Shown piece after piece: positions 43,049-52,694 of a DNA stretch of 64,000 nucleotides. Positions within the stretch are counted from its first letter, which is position 1. Each line of letters begins with the position of its first letter. This DNA is from an uncultured Collinsella sp. (GTDB lineage: Bacteria > Actinomycetota > Coriobacteriia > Coriobacteriales > Coriobacteriaceae): positions 8,955 to 72,954 of the forward strand of contig CAUAJB010000001.1 of NCBI GenBank assembly GCA_958429225.1. The letters run 5' to 3'. The position numbers and the translations under genes are program-made. Below the pieces are notes generated by a model. The model had not been told where the DNA came from. It made no database searches and saw only the letters and a list, made by a program, of their open reading frames with translations.

Positions 43049-44427
43049 GCACGTCCATTCCGCGCTTCATGGTCGCTGCGCCCTCGAGCGGGAGCGGCAA
43101 GACGGTCGTAACGTGCGCGCTCCTGCGCGCGCTCGCGCGCCGCGGCCTTGCATGCGCGGCCTTCAAATGCGGCCCCGACTACATTGACCCGCTCTTTCAT
43201 CGCCGCGTCGTGGGTACGCGCTCGGGCAACTTAGACGGCTTCTTCACCGACGCTCCGACGCTGCGCGCCCTGCTCGCACGCGGCGCCGCGGGCGCGGATG
43301 TCGCGGTGCTCGAGGGGGTCATGGGCTTCTACGACGGCATGGCGCCCGGCGTGGCCGACGCGAGCAGCTACCAGGTTGCGCGCGACACGGAAACGCCGGT
43401 CGTTTTAGTGGTGAACGGGCGCGGGGCGTCTTTATCGCTCGCCGCCGTAATCCGCGGCATCGCCGAGTTCCTGCCTTGTGCGAACGTGCGCGGCGTCGTG
43501 CTGAACAAGACGGGCGCCGCTGCCTGCGCCTACGCGGCGCCTGCGATCGAGAAGCACACGGGCGTCGCGGTTTTGGGTAATATCCCCGCCGACGAGGCGT
43601 TCTCGCTCGAAAGCCGGCATCTGGGGCTTGTGACCGCCGACGAGGTCAAGCAGCTCTCCGCGCGCATCGGCAAGATGGCCGAGCTGGTGGAAAAGAGCGT
43701 CGACGTCGATCGCTTGCTCGAAATAGCGGCGACGGCACCCGATATCCGCGAGGAACCTTACCGGTTGGAGCCGATCGCGGGAGCGCGGCCCATCGTCGCC
43801 GTCGCGCGTGACGAGGCGTTCTCGTTCTACTACGAGGAGAACCTGCGCGCGCTCGAGGACCTGGGTTGCGAGCTGGCCTTTTTCAGCCCCCTGTGTGATA
43901 GCGAGTTGCCCCGGGGGACAAGCGCCCTCTATCTGGGAGGCGGCTACCCGGAGCTCCATGCGCGGCAGCTCTCCGAGAACGCGCCGATGCGCGAGGCGGT
44001 GCGGCGCGCGGTGGAATCCGGCATGCCGACGGTCGCCGAATGCGGTGGGTTTCTGTACCTGCAGCGCGAAATCGCCGATAGCGAGGGGCGGCGCTGGCCT
44101 GTTGCGGGCGCCCTTGAGGGAGCAAGCGAGAACGGGGGAAGGCTGTCCCATTTCGGGTACGTGGAGCTCACTTCCCAACGCGACGGGCTCTACGGGCCGC
44201 GCGGCACACGCATCCGCGCGCACGAGTTCCACTACTGGCAGTCCACCTGCCCGGGCGGCGACTTCTGGGCGCAGAAGCCCCGGCGCGACAAGGGCTGGCC
44301 GTGCATGACGACCACCCCGTCCCTGGTTGCGGGCTTCCCGCATGTGTACTATCCTGCGAACCCCGACGTTGCGCGCGCGTTCGCGTCTGCCACAGCGTCG
44401 TTCGCAGAGAGGAGACGGCATGGCTGA
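43045..44427 (+). CDS. cbiA: Cobyrinate a,c-diamide synthase
   Basis: The GTG start overlaps the cbiET stop. SGSGKTVVTCALL and FKCGPDYIDP are present, with a GATase-like C-terminal half. Confidence 0.9.
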   Translation: MSTSIPRFMVAAPSSGSGKTVVTCALLRALARRGLACAAFKCGPDYIDPLFHRRVVGTRSGNLDGFFTDAPTLRALLARGAAGADVAVLEGVMGFYDGMAPGVADASSYQVARDTETPVVLVVNGRGASLSLAAVIRGIAEFLPCANVRGVVLNKTGAAACAYAAPAIEKHTGVAVLGNIPADEAFSLESRHLGLVTADEVKQLSARIGKMAELVEKSVDVDRLLEIAATAPDIREEPYRLEPIAGARPIVAVARDEAFSFYYEENLRALEDLGCELAFFSPLCDSELPRGTSALYLGGGYPELHARQLSENAPMREAVRRAVESGMPTVAECGGFLYLQREIADSEGRRWPVAGALEGASENGGRLSHFGYVELTSQRDGLYGPRGTRIRAHEFHYWQSTCPGGDFWAQKPRRDKGWPCMTTTPSLVAGFPHVYYPANPDVARAFASATASFAERRRHG

Positions 44428-45562
44428 AGCAACCGAAACCGCGCTTGCCTGCATCCGTGAGGAAGTCGAGCGCGCGTTCTCGTCGGCGCCGGGTGCCGTG
44501 CTCGAAGCCGCGCTCTCCCGGATCGCGCCCGCAGACGAGTGCGCCCGCGCCGCCGCGTACGCCGCGTGGGACTCTATCGCGCACCCCTTGGGGGGATTGG
44601 GCGACTTTGAAGACGCCGTCGCGTGTATCGCCGCAGCTCAGGGGAGCGCCGAGGTGGCCGAGTTTCCCCGTGCACTCGCGGTATTCTTCTCCGACAACGG
44701 GGTCGTTGCCGAAGGCGTGTCGCAAAGCGGGCAAGACGTGACGCGAGCCGTCGCGCGCAACATGTGCGAGGGGGCCACGAGCGCCTGCCGCATGGCGGCG
44801 TTCGCGGGTGCCGAGGTCGTGCCCGTCGACGTGGGTATGGCCCGGGGCATAGAAGACACGCGCATGGTGCGCGCGAACGTGCGGCGGGGGAGCGGCAACA
44901 TCGCGCACGGCTCCGCTATGTCTCGCGATGGGGCCGTTCGCGCGATCGAGGTCGGAATTGCCGTCGCGTGCGGACTTGCCCGCGCCGGCGTGCGCCTTTT
45001 CGCCGCGGGCGAGATGGGCATCGGCAACACGACCACCTCGGCGGCGGTGGCCGCAGTGCTCATCCGGGCGGACGCGCGGAGCCTCGTCGGGCGCGGCGCG
45101 GGGCTCTCGGACGCCTCGCTCGCGCGCAAGCGCGACGTGGTCGAGCGCGCTATCGACGCGAACTCGCCCGATCCCGCCGACCCGATCGACGTGCTCTCGA
45201 AGGTCGGCGGCTTCGACATCGCGGCGATGTGCGGCTTCTACCTGGGGGCCGCGGCCTCGAAGGCGCCGGCGCTCCTCGACGGGGTCATATCATGCACGGC
45301 GGCCCTGTGCGCGGCGCGCCTGTGCCCTAACGCCTTGGGCTACCTCGTGGGCACCCACGTATCAAGCGAACCGGCAAGCCAGGAGCTCCTTCGCGAGCTC
45401 GGCATAAAGGCACCCCTCGACGCAGGCATGCACTTGGGCGAGGGCGCGGGCGCCATGGCGTATCTGCCCCTTCTGGATTCGGCGCTGCGCGTGTACCGGG
45501 ATGGGAAGACGTTCACGGCGACTGGCATGGCTGCTTACGAGCATTTCGAGGCCGGGAAATGA
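44420..45562 (+). CDS. cobT: Nicotinate-nucleotide--dimethylbenzimidazole phosphoribosyltransferase
   Basis: Motifs GEMGIGNTTTSAAV and LGEGAGA are present. Confidence 0.9.
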   Translation: MAEATETALACIREEVERAFSSAPGAVLEAALSRIAPADECARAAAYAAWDSIAHPLGGLGDFEDAVACIAAAQGSAEVAEFPRALAVFFSDNGVVAEGVSQSGQDVTRAVARNMCEGATSACRMAAFAGAEVVPVDVGMARGIEDTRMVRANVRRGSGNIAHGSAMSRDGAVRAIEVGIAVACGLARAGVRLFAAGEMGIGNTTTSAAVAAVLIRADARSLVGRGAGLSDASLARKRDVVERAIDANSPDPADPIDVLSKVGGFDIAAMCGFYLGAAASKAPALLDGVISCTAALCAARLCPNALGYLVGTHVSSEPASQELLRELGIKAPLDAGMHLGEGAGAMAYLPLLDSALRVYRDGKTFTATGMAAYEHFEAGK

Positions 45563-46107
45563 CGGTGACGCTCGTCATCGGCGCCGCCGCGAGCGGCAAG
45601 AGCGCCTACGCCGAGTCCCTGTGCCTTGGGCACGACGGCCCCCGCGTGTACCTGGCAACGATGGAGCCCTTCGGGGAAGAGGGCGCCCGCCGCATCGCGC
45701 GCCATCGGGCGCTGCGCGAGGGCAAGGGGTTTTCCACCCTCGAGCGCACGCGTGACGTGGGCGCCGCAGTGCCCGGGCTTCCGCGCGGCTGCACGCTTCT
45801 TTTGGAGGACGTGGGCAACCTGGTTGCGAACGAGCTCTTCGCGGAAGGCGGCTTGTCCCCACTTGACCCCGACGCTGCGGCGCGCGAGGTGCTCGGAGGC
45901 ATCGAACGGCTCGCTCAGGCCGCTGAGTATACGGTGGTGGTCACCGTCGACGTGTTCGCCGATGGGATGCGCTACGATGAGGGGACCGAGGCATGGAGGC
46001 GCGCGCTCGCGCGCGTGAACGCGGGCGTGGCGGCGTTGGCCGACCGCGCAGTCGAAGTGGTATGCGGGATTCCCGTGTGGATGAAAGGCGAAGGACCTAC
46101 AAGGTGA
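45559..46107 (+). CDS. cobU: Adenosylcobinamide kinase / adenosylcobinamide-phosphate guanylyltransferase
   Basis: P-loop GAAASGKS is present, along with a His-containing region RRIARHRALR. Confidence 0.85.
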   Translation: MTVTLVIGAAASGKSAYAESLCLGHDGPRVYLATMEPFGEEGARRIARHRALREGKGFSTLERTRDVGAAVPGLPRGCTLLLEDVGNLVANELFAEGGLSPLDPDAAAREVLGGIERLAQAAEYTVVVTVDVFADGMRYDEGTEAWRRALARVNAGVAALADRAVEVVCGIPVWMKGEGPTR

Positions 46108-46871
46108 AGATAGCAGAGGCAATCGGCGCGGCGTTCGGAACGTTCTCGCGCATCCCCGTCCCGAAATCGGCCTGGACCGATTTCGGATCAACCCATGCGC
46201 TTGCCGCGTTTCCCCTGGTGGGCGTTGCGGAAGGCTTCCTCATGACGGCGTGGGGGCACGTGGCGAACCTGCTCGGCGTGCCCGCGACCATCGTCGCGGC
46301 CGTGCTCGTGGCGTTGCCTGTGGCGGTGACGGGAGGCATTCACCTAGACGGGCTCTGCGACACCTCCGATGCGCTTGCAAGTTGGGCCCCGCGCGAGCGA
46401 AAGCTCGAGATCATGCACGACCCGCGGGCGGGCGCCTTTGGGGTCATTGGTGTTGTTGTGTACCTTATTCTGCAGTTTTCCCTTTTCACCGCGCTGCCGC
46501 TTACGGCGGGGGTGTTCCTCGCGCTTCTGTGCTCGCTCGTGTTCTCCCGCGCGCTTTCGGGGCTTGCCGTTGAATGCTGGCCTGCCGCGCGGGCTGACGG
46601 CATGGCCGCGGGGCTCTCGCCTGCGAAGAAGCGCGCGGCGATCGTCGTGCCGCTTTGCGCTTTCGCTGCGGCTTCGGCTGCAGGGATGGTCGCGTGCGCT
46701 CAGGCCGTCGGCGCCCTTATGGCGGTGGCGGGGCTTTTGGTGCTCGCGTGGTACCGCCATGTTGCCCTGTCCCGCTTCGGTGGGGTGACGGGGGATTTGG
46801 CCGGATGGTTTCTGCAATGGGCCGAGCTCGCGATGCTTGCCATGCTAGTGGCGGGGGGCATGCTCCTATGA
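46104..46871 (+). CDS. cobS: Adenosylcobinamide-GDP ribazoletransferase (cobalamin synthase)
   Basis: The GTG start overlaps the cobU stop. It is a polytopic membrane protein carrying FSRIPVP and GGIHLDGLCDTSDA. Confidence 0.85.
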   Translation: MKIAEAIGAAFGTFSRIPVPKSAWTDFGSTHALAAFPLVGVAEGFLMTAWGHVANLLGVPATIVAAVLVALPVAVTGGIHLDGLCDTSDALASWAPRERKLEIMHDPRAGAFGVIGVVVYLILQFSLFTALPLTAGVFLALLCSLVFSRALSGLAVECWPAARADGMAAGLSPAKKRAAIVVPLCAFAAASAAGMVACAQAVGALMAVAGLLVLAWYRHVALSRFGGVTGDLAGWFLQWAELAMLAMLVAGGMLL

Positions 46872-47869
46872 TGCTCGTGGTAGGTGGCGCACATTCGGGG
46901 AAGAGGACCTTCGTGCGCGAAAAGCTCGGGTTCGCGGCGGACGATTTCGTCGACGCGGCGCAGCTTGCGGAGGGCGGCGTGCCCGCTGCTTTTGTCGGCC
47001 GCGTCGCATACCGTGCTGAGGAACTCGTACGCGCGCTCGACGCTGACCGGGCGCTCGAGCGGCTGATCGGCTTCGACGCAGTGATTCTGCCCTTGGTCGG
47101 CTCGGGGGTCGTCCCCATGCGTGCGGAAGACGCCCAATGGCGCGAGCGCGCGGGGCGCCTGGGATGCGCGCTCGCTGCGCGCGCCGACGTCGTCGTGCGC
47201 ATGACGTGCGGGATTCCCCAGGTCATCAAAGGAAACCTTGCCGATGCGCCTCGAGGGACGCAGGGCGCGGGCGCGCCTTTGGAAGTCGTCTTCGTGCGCC
47301 ATGGTGCCACGGCGGGCACGGAAGACCATCGCTACAGCGGGGCGGGCACCGACGAACCCCTGTCGTGCGCTGGCGAGCGCGCTTTGCGCGACCTCGCGTG
47401 CGATCGTGACGCGTTCCGTGTTTTCACGAGCGGCATGGCCCGCACCGACCAGACGGCACGCATCCTTTTCCCGAATGCGGAGCTTATGGCATGCCCCGGT
47501 CTGCGCGAGATGGATTTCGGTGACTTCGAGGGGCGAAGCGCCGCCGAGCTTAAAGAGGATGCGCGCTACCGCGCCTGGGTAGACTCCTGGTGCGAGACGT
47601 GCTGCCCGCATGGCGAGGGCAAGAGCGATTTCACCCGCCGCGTCGTCGCGGCGTTTCGGGAGGCGTGCGAATCGGAGCGCGCCCAGGGGAGTGGGCGCGC
47701 CGTCTTCGTCGTTCACGCGGGTACCGTGAAAGCGCTGCTTTCCGAGCTTGCTGTCCCGAAAATGGAATACTTCGACGTGCATACCGAGCCGGGCGGCGCA
47801 TGGGCCGCCACCTGGGATGGGCGCTGCCTTCGCGACGTTCGCCCCGCTTCGGGGGGCGATGCCCGGTGA
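46868..47869 (+). CDS. cobC: Fusion of a truncated CobU-like P-loop domain with a histidine-phosphatase (alpha-ribazole phosphatase CobC-like) domain
   Basis: The N-terminal part has GGAHSGKR and a CobU-like C-terminal segment GSGVVPM...RMTCGIPQVIKG. The C-terminal part has the RHG motif (FVRHGAT) and GMARTDQTA. Confidence 0.7.
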   Translation: MMLVVGGAHSGKRTFVREKLGFAADDFVDAAQLAEGGVPAAFVGRVAYRAEELVRALDADRALERLIGFDAVILPLVGSGVVPMRAEDAQWRERAGRLGCALAARADVVVRMTCGIPQVIKGNLADAPRGTQGAGAPLEVVFVRHGATAGTEDHRYSGAGTDEPLSCAGERALRDLACDRDAFRVFTSGMARTDQTARILFPNAELMACPGLREMDFGDFEGRSAAELKEDARYRAWVDSWCETCCPHGEGKSDFTRRVVAAFREACESERAQGSGRAVFVVHAGTVKALLSELAVPKMEYFDVHTEPGGAWAATWDGRCLRDVRPASGGDAR

Positions 47870-48843
47870 TGACGATTCTTGCCGTCGCCGCCGGGTTCGC
47901 GGCCGACCTTGCCTTCGGCGACCCGCGCTGGCTTCCCCATCCCGTTGTCGCCATGGGGCGCGCGATCACGTGGGCCGAAGGCCGCCTGCGGGGCTCATTC
48001 CCGCAAACGTCCGCGGGCACGCGCGCCGCAGGGCTCGTGCTTGCCGTGGCGCTTCCGCTTGCGTGTGGGCTTTTGACCTTGGGAATCCTGCATCTTTGCG
48101 GCATGGTTCACCCCGGCTTGCGCTTCGTGGCCGAGGCATGGGCGAGCTATCAGATTCTCGCGGCATGCGAGCTGCGCCGCCAGAGCCTGGCCGTGGCCCG
48201 CGCGTTCTCGAAGGGCGGCCTTGTCGCGGCTCGCGAAGCCGTCGGGCTCATCGTGGGACGCGACACGTCTGTTCTCGACGAGCAGGGCGTTGCGCGCGCC
48301 GCCGTGGAAACGGTGGCGGAGAACGCGAGCGACGGCGTCATCGCGCCGCTTTTCTACCTTATGATCGGGGGTGCGCCCTTGGGCATGGCGTACAAGGCGG
48401 TGAACACGCTCGACAGCATGGTGGGCTACAAAAACGAGCGCTACATCGACTTCGGCTGCGCCTCGGCGCGCCTCGACGATGCGGTGAACTGGATTCCCTC
48501 GCGCTTATCGGCCCTGCTCATGATCGCCGTGTGCCCGATTGTCGGGCTCGATGCTCGCGGGGCGGCGCGCATCTGGCGCCGCGACAGGCGTCGCCATGCG
48601 AGCCCCAACTCGGCGCAGACCGAGTCAGCGTGTGCGGGCGCGCTCGGGCTGCGCCTGGCAGGACCCGCGGTGTATTTCGGCAAGCTCGTTGAGAAACCGA
48701 CGATAGGCGACGCGTCCCGCGAAATCGAGTGGGGCGACATCGCCCGGGCGACTAGGCTCATGCTCGCCGCGTCCGTATGCGCGCTCGTCGTCTTCGGTGC
48801 CGCACGCGCGGCGGTCGTGCTCGCCGTGGGGGCGATGGTATGA
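47869..48843 (+). CDS. cbiB: Adenosylcobinamide-phosphate synthase
   Basis: The ATG overlaps the upstream TGA by 1 nt. Motifs FGDPRWLPHPVVAMG and NASDGVIAPLF are present. Confidence 0.9.
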   Translation: MTILAVAAGFAADLAFGDPRWLPHPVVAMGRAITWAEGRLRGSFPQTSAGTRAAGLVLAVALPLACGLLTLGILHLCGMVHPGLRFVAEAWASYQILAACELRRQSLAVARAFSKGGLVAAREAVGLIVGRDTSVLDEQGVARAAVETVAENASDGVIAPLFYLMIGGAPLGMAYKAVNTLDSMVGYKNERYIDFGCASARLDDAVNWIPSRLSALLMIAVCPIVGLDARGAARIWRRDRRRHASPNSAQTESACAGALGLRLAGPAVYFGKLVEKPTIGDASREIEWGDIARATRLMLAASVCALVVFGAARAAVVLAVGAMV

Positions 48844-50048
48844 GGGAAGACCACGCCGCGTCCCGGGCTGCCGGGGGAATCCTGCGCGCCCGTGCGCATG
48901 GGGGTAGCACGCAATCGCTCGGCATCGCTTGCGAAGGGGGCGCCTCCGACCTCATTGACTTCTCGGTGAACGTGAATCCGGCAGGCCCCTCGCCGCGCGC
49001 CGTTGCCGCAGCTTGCAAGGCGCTTTCTCGAATCGACGCCTACCCCGATAGGGAAAGTCTCGCCCTCGTTCGCGCCCTAGCGCGTGCCCAGGGCATTCCC
49101 GAAGATACTATCGTCTGCGGCGCGGGCGCGTCCGACATCATCTGGCGGCTCGCCGCGGCGGTGCGCCCGAAACGCATCGTCGTGTGCGCGCCGACGTTCT
49201 CTGAATATGCGGAGGCGGCATCGTACTACGGCGCATGCGTGCAGGAGTTCCCGCTCTCCGAAGCGGACGACTTCGACGTGCCCGCCTCCTTCGCCCGCGC
49301 GATCGAGGGGCCGGGAGACGTGGCGTATATCTGCAATCCGAACAACCCGACGGGGCGCCTCGTCGACCCCCGCGTGATCGATGCCGCGGCATGCCGCTGC
49401 GAGCAGGTGGGCGCGCTGCTCGTCGTGGACGAGTGCTTCCTCGGATTTGCGCCCGACGCCCGCGAAAGGAGTGTGGCCGCACGCGCCGCGTGTTCGCGCC
49501 ATGTGGCCGTGCTCTCCGCGTTCACCAAGCTCTACGGAATGGCAGGGTTGCGGTTGGGTTATCTGATCAGCGGAAACGCCCGACTCATCGAGGGGATTCG
49601 CCGGGCGGGGCAGGCGTGGCCCGTCTCCTCGGTCGCTGAGGCCGCGGGCATCGCCGCCCTTGAAGACGTCGAATACGTCTCGCGCACGCGCGATGTATTG
49701 GCGGGCGAGCGAGCGTGGCTTTCCCACGAGCTCTCCTCGCTCGGGCTTTCCGTCGTGCCGTCGGATGCGAACTTCCTTTTAGTCCGCACGCCGGCGAAAG
49801 ACATCCCCGAGCGCCTGTATAAACAGGGGGTTTTGGTCCGCTCGTGCGACTCGTTTTCAGTACTGTCCCGTTTCTGGTGCCGCGTCGCGGTGCGCACGCG
49901 CAAGGAGAACGCCCAGCTTGCGATGGCGTTCAGCCGCGCGCTTCGGGCGGAAGGCGCATCGGGCGAAGGCGAACCCGACGAACGGGGCGGCGCTATGGCG
50001 GGCGCGGATGGCCGAGGCTCGGCGAAGGAGGTCGATACCCGTGGGTAG
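48840..50048 (+). CDS. cobD: L-threonine-O-3-phosphate decarboxylase (class I/II aminotransferase fold)
   Basis: Motifs HGG, NPNNPTG and SFTKLYGMAGLRLGY are present. A Gly/Glu-rich C-terminal tail follows. Confidence 0.8.
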   Translation: MREDHAASRAAGGILRARAHGGSTQSLGIACEGGASDLIDFSVNVNPAGPSPRAVAAACKALSRIDAYPDRESLALVRALARAQGIPEDTIVCGAGASDIIWRLAAAVRPKRIVVCAPTFSEYAEAASYYGACVQEFPLSEADDFDVPASFARAIEGPGDVAYICNPNNPTGRLVDPRVIDAAACRCEQVGALLVVDECFLGFAPDARERSVAARAACSRHVAVLSAFTKLYGMAGLRLGYLISGNARLIEGIRRAGQAWPVSSVAEAAGIAALEDVEYVSRTRDVLAGERAWLSHELSSLGLSVVPSDANFLLVRTPAKDIPERLYKQGVLVRSCDSFSVLSRFWCRVAVRTRKENAQLAMAFSRALRAEGASGEGEPDERGGAMAGADGRGSAKEVDTRG

Positions 50049-51540
50049 GGCGAAGCCCATCATGATCCAGGGCACCATGTCGAACGCGGGGAAGAGCCTG
50101 CTTGCGGCGGGGCTGTGCCGTGTGCTTTCGCAGGACGGCCTGCGCGTGGCTCCCTTCAAGAGCCAGAACATGGCGCTCAACAGCGGTGTCACGGCCGATG
50201 GGCTCGAGATGGGGCGCGCCCAGATCATGCAGGCCGAGGCGTGCGGCATCGCGCCCGACGTGCGCATGAACCCCATCCTGCTCAAGCCCGAAAGCGACCA
50301 CCGAAGCCAGCTCATCGTGGCCGGCAAGGCGCAGGGAGCCTTCGCTGCGAGGGACTACTTCGCGCGAAAGAAGGCGCTCATGCCGCAGATTTTGGGGGCG
50401 TTCGATTCGCTCGCGGAGGAAAACGACGTCATCGTCATCGAGGGCGCCGGCAGCCCCGTCGAAATCAACCTTGCCGAAAACGACATCGTCAACATGGGGC
50501 TCGCGCGCGCCGTGTCCTCCCCCGTGCTACTCGCGGGCGACATCGACCCAGGCGGGGTGTTTGCCCAGCTCTACGGCACGGTCGCGCTCTTTGCACCCGA
50601 GGACCGCGCGCTTTTGCGGGGGCTTGTGGTAAATAAGTTCCGCGGCGATGCGGAAATCCTGCGCCCGGGTTTGGCCCCGCTCGAGAATATGTGCGGGGTT
50701 CCCGTCGTGGGGGTCGTGCCGTATCTTACGCTCGACCTGGACGACGAGGACTCGCTTGCACCGCGCCTATCTGCCCGCGAGGCGCGCGGCGTCATCGACG
50801 TCGCCGTCGTGCGCCTTCCGCATCTGTCGAACTTCACCGACTTCGACCCGCTTTCGCGCGTGCCCGGCGTGGGCGTGCGCTATGTTTCCTCGACGACCGA
50901 TCTGGGCCGACCCGACCTGGTGGTGCTCCCAGGCTCGAAGACCACACTCGACGACGCGCGCTGGCTTGCGGCTAGCGGCATCGGAGCCTGTGTACGCGCG
51001 CTTTCGGGCGCGGGCACGCCGGTGCTCGGCATATGCGGAGGCTACCAGCTTTTGGGAGACGAGCTTTCCGACCCGCACGGCAGGGAAGGCGCTGGCACCG
51101 CGCGCGGGCTCGGGCTCATCCCTGCAAGTACGGTGTTCAAGGAGGAAAAGCGCCTCGCCCAGTCGGAGCTTCGCATCACGGGCGCCCAAGGCGCGTTCTC
51201 GGTGTGGAACGGCATGACGGCTCGCGGGTACGAGATTCACGACGGCGAAACGACCGTCTCCTGCGCCCCTGCGGGCACGATTGGCGGCAAACCAGAAGGC
51301 GCGGCCTGCGGAAACGTGTTCGGAACTTATCTCCACGGCCTGTTCGACGAACCGGGGGTGGCGCTCGCCCTCGCGCGCTCGCTTGCGCGCATGCGCGGCC
51401 TGCCCGAAAGCCTCGTGGGTGCTGCGGGCGCGGCGTCCGCGGCCGATCACCGTGCGCGCGAGTTCGACCGCCTGGCCGACGGCGTGCGCGGGGCGCTCGA
51501 CATGGAGTATGTCTACCGCATTATCGAGGAGGGCGTATGA
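50041..51540 (+). CDS. cobQ: Cobyric acid synthase
   Basis: MIQGTMSNAGKSLLAAGLCR is present, with a GATase C-terminal domain (GICGGYQLLG). The start is GTG 50041 or ATG 50062. Confidence 0.9.
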   Translation: MGRAKPIMIQGTMSNAGKSLLAAGLCRVLSQDGLRVAPFKSQNMALNSGVTADGLEMGRAQIMQAEACGIAPDVRMNPILLKPESDHRSQLIVAGKAQGAFAARDYFARKKALMPQILGAFDSLAEENDVIVIEGAGSPVEINLAENDIVNMGLARAVSSPVLLAGDIDPGGVFAQLYGTVALFAPEDRALLRGLVVNKFRGDAEILRPGLAPLENMCGVPVVGVVPYLTLDLDDEDSLAPRLSAREARGVIDVAVVRLPHLSNFTDFDPLSRVPGVGVRYVSSTTDLGRPDLVVLPGSKTTLDDARWLAASGIGACVRALSGAGTPVLGICGGYQLLGDELSDPHGREGAGTARGLGLIPASTVFKEEKRLAQSELRITGAQGAFSVWNGMTARGYEIHDGETTVSCAPAGTIGGKPEGAACGNVFGTYLHGLFDEPGVALALARSLARMRGLPESLVGAAGAASAADHRAREFDRLADGVRGALDMEYVYRIIEEGV

Positions 51541-52052
51541 TCCACGTGTATCATGGCGACGGCAAAGGCAAGACCACGGCGGCGATGGGCCTCGCCCTTC
51601 GCATGCTCGCCGCAGGCCGCCGCGTCGTCGTCGCGCAGTTCCTGAAAGACGGCGAAAGCGGGGAGGCGCGCCTGCTCGCCGAGCATTTTGGCGTGCCCGT
51701 GTTCGCGGGGAAGGTGTCGGACAAGTTTACTTGGTCAATGACGTCGGAAGAACTTGCCGCGACGTGCGAGCTGCACGATGGGAACCTCGCTTCCGCGCTA
51801 GCCGAGCTCGAGGGTGCTCAGGAGGGGCTGCTCGTGCTCGACGAGGCGCTCGACGCGCTTTCGAAGGGGCTTGTCGACGAGGCGCTCGTGGACCGCGCGC
51901 TCGATATGTCCGCGCGCGGCGTCGAAGTAGCGCTCACCGGGCGCGCGCCTTCCCGCAAGATCGTGGAGAAGGCCGACTACATAACCGAGATGCGGTGCGA
52001 GAAACACCCCTATGCTCAGGGGATATGTGCAAGGGAAGGAGTGGAGTACTAG
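51537..52052 (+). CDS. cobO: Cob(I)yrinic acid a,c-diamide adenosyltransferase
   Basis: The motif GDGKGKTTAAMGLALRMLAAGRRVVVAQFLK is present. Confidence 0.9.
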   Translation: MIHVYHGDGKGKTTAAMGLALRMLAAGRRVVVAQFLKDGESGEARLLAEHFGVPVFAGKVSDKFTWSMTSEELAATCELHDGNLASALAELEGAQEGLLVLDEALDALSKGLVDEALVDRALDMSARGVEVALTGRAPSRKIVEKADYITEMRCEKHPYAQGICAREGVEY

Positions 52053-52694
52053 ATGGATTCCAAGGAGATGGCGCCCGGCGACATCGAGCGGCGCAGCTTC
52101 GAGATCATCACCGAAGAGCTCGGCGGCCGCACGTTCCCGCCGCTCGAAGAGCCCGTCGTGAAGCGCGTCATCCACACCACAGCCGACTTCACGTACGCCG
52201 ATTCCCTCGTGTTCACCCATGACGCCGCGCACTGTGCGCTCGACGCACTGCGCGCAGGTGCCACGGTACTCACCGACACGAACATGGCGCTCGCAGGCAT
52301 AAGCAAGCCCGCGCTTGCGAAGCTCGGCTGCAAGGCCGTGTGCTACATGGCCGACCCTGATGTCGCTGCGGCTGCGCGCGCCGCGGGCACGACTCGCGCC
52401 GTTGCGAGCATGGACAAAGCTTGCGGCATCGAGGGTCCGCTCATCGTGGCCGTCGGCAACGCCCCCACAGCACTTCTGCGCCTCGCAGAGCTCATGGAAG
52501 CGGGGAAGATCGCACCCGCGCTCGTCGTTGGGGTGCCAGTCGGGTTTGTGAACGTGGTCGAGGCGAAAGAGGAGCTACTCGCGCGACGCGTGCCGGCCAT
52601 CGTCGCGAGGGGTCGCAAGGGCGGCTCGACCGTGGCGGCCGCCATTATGAACGCGCTGCTCTACCAAATCACGCGCCTAGGCGGCCCGAAGTGA
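52053..52694 (+). CDS. cbiC: Cobalt-precorrin-8 methylmutase
   Basis: Motifs IERRSFEII, VIHTTADF and VAVGNAPTAL are present. Confidence 0.9.
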   Translation: MDSKEMAPGDIERRSFEIITEELGGRTFPPLEEPVVKRVIHTTADFTYADSLVFTHDAAHCALDALRAGATVLTDTNMALAGISKPALAKLGCKAVCYMADPDVAAAARAAGTTRAVASMDKACGIEGPLIVAVGNAPTALLRLAELMEAGKIAPALVVGVPVGFVNVVEAKEELLARRVPAIVARGRKGGSTVAAAIMNALLYQITRLGGPK

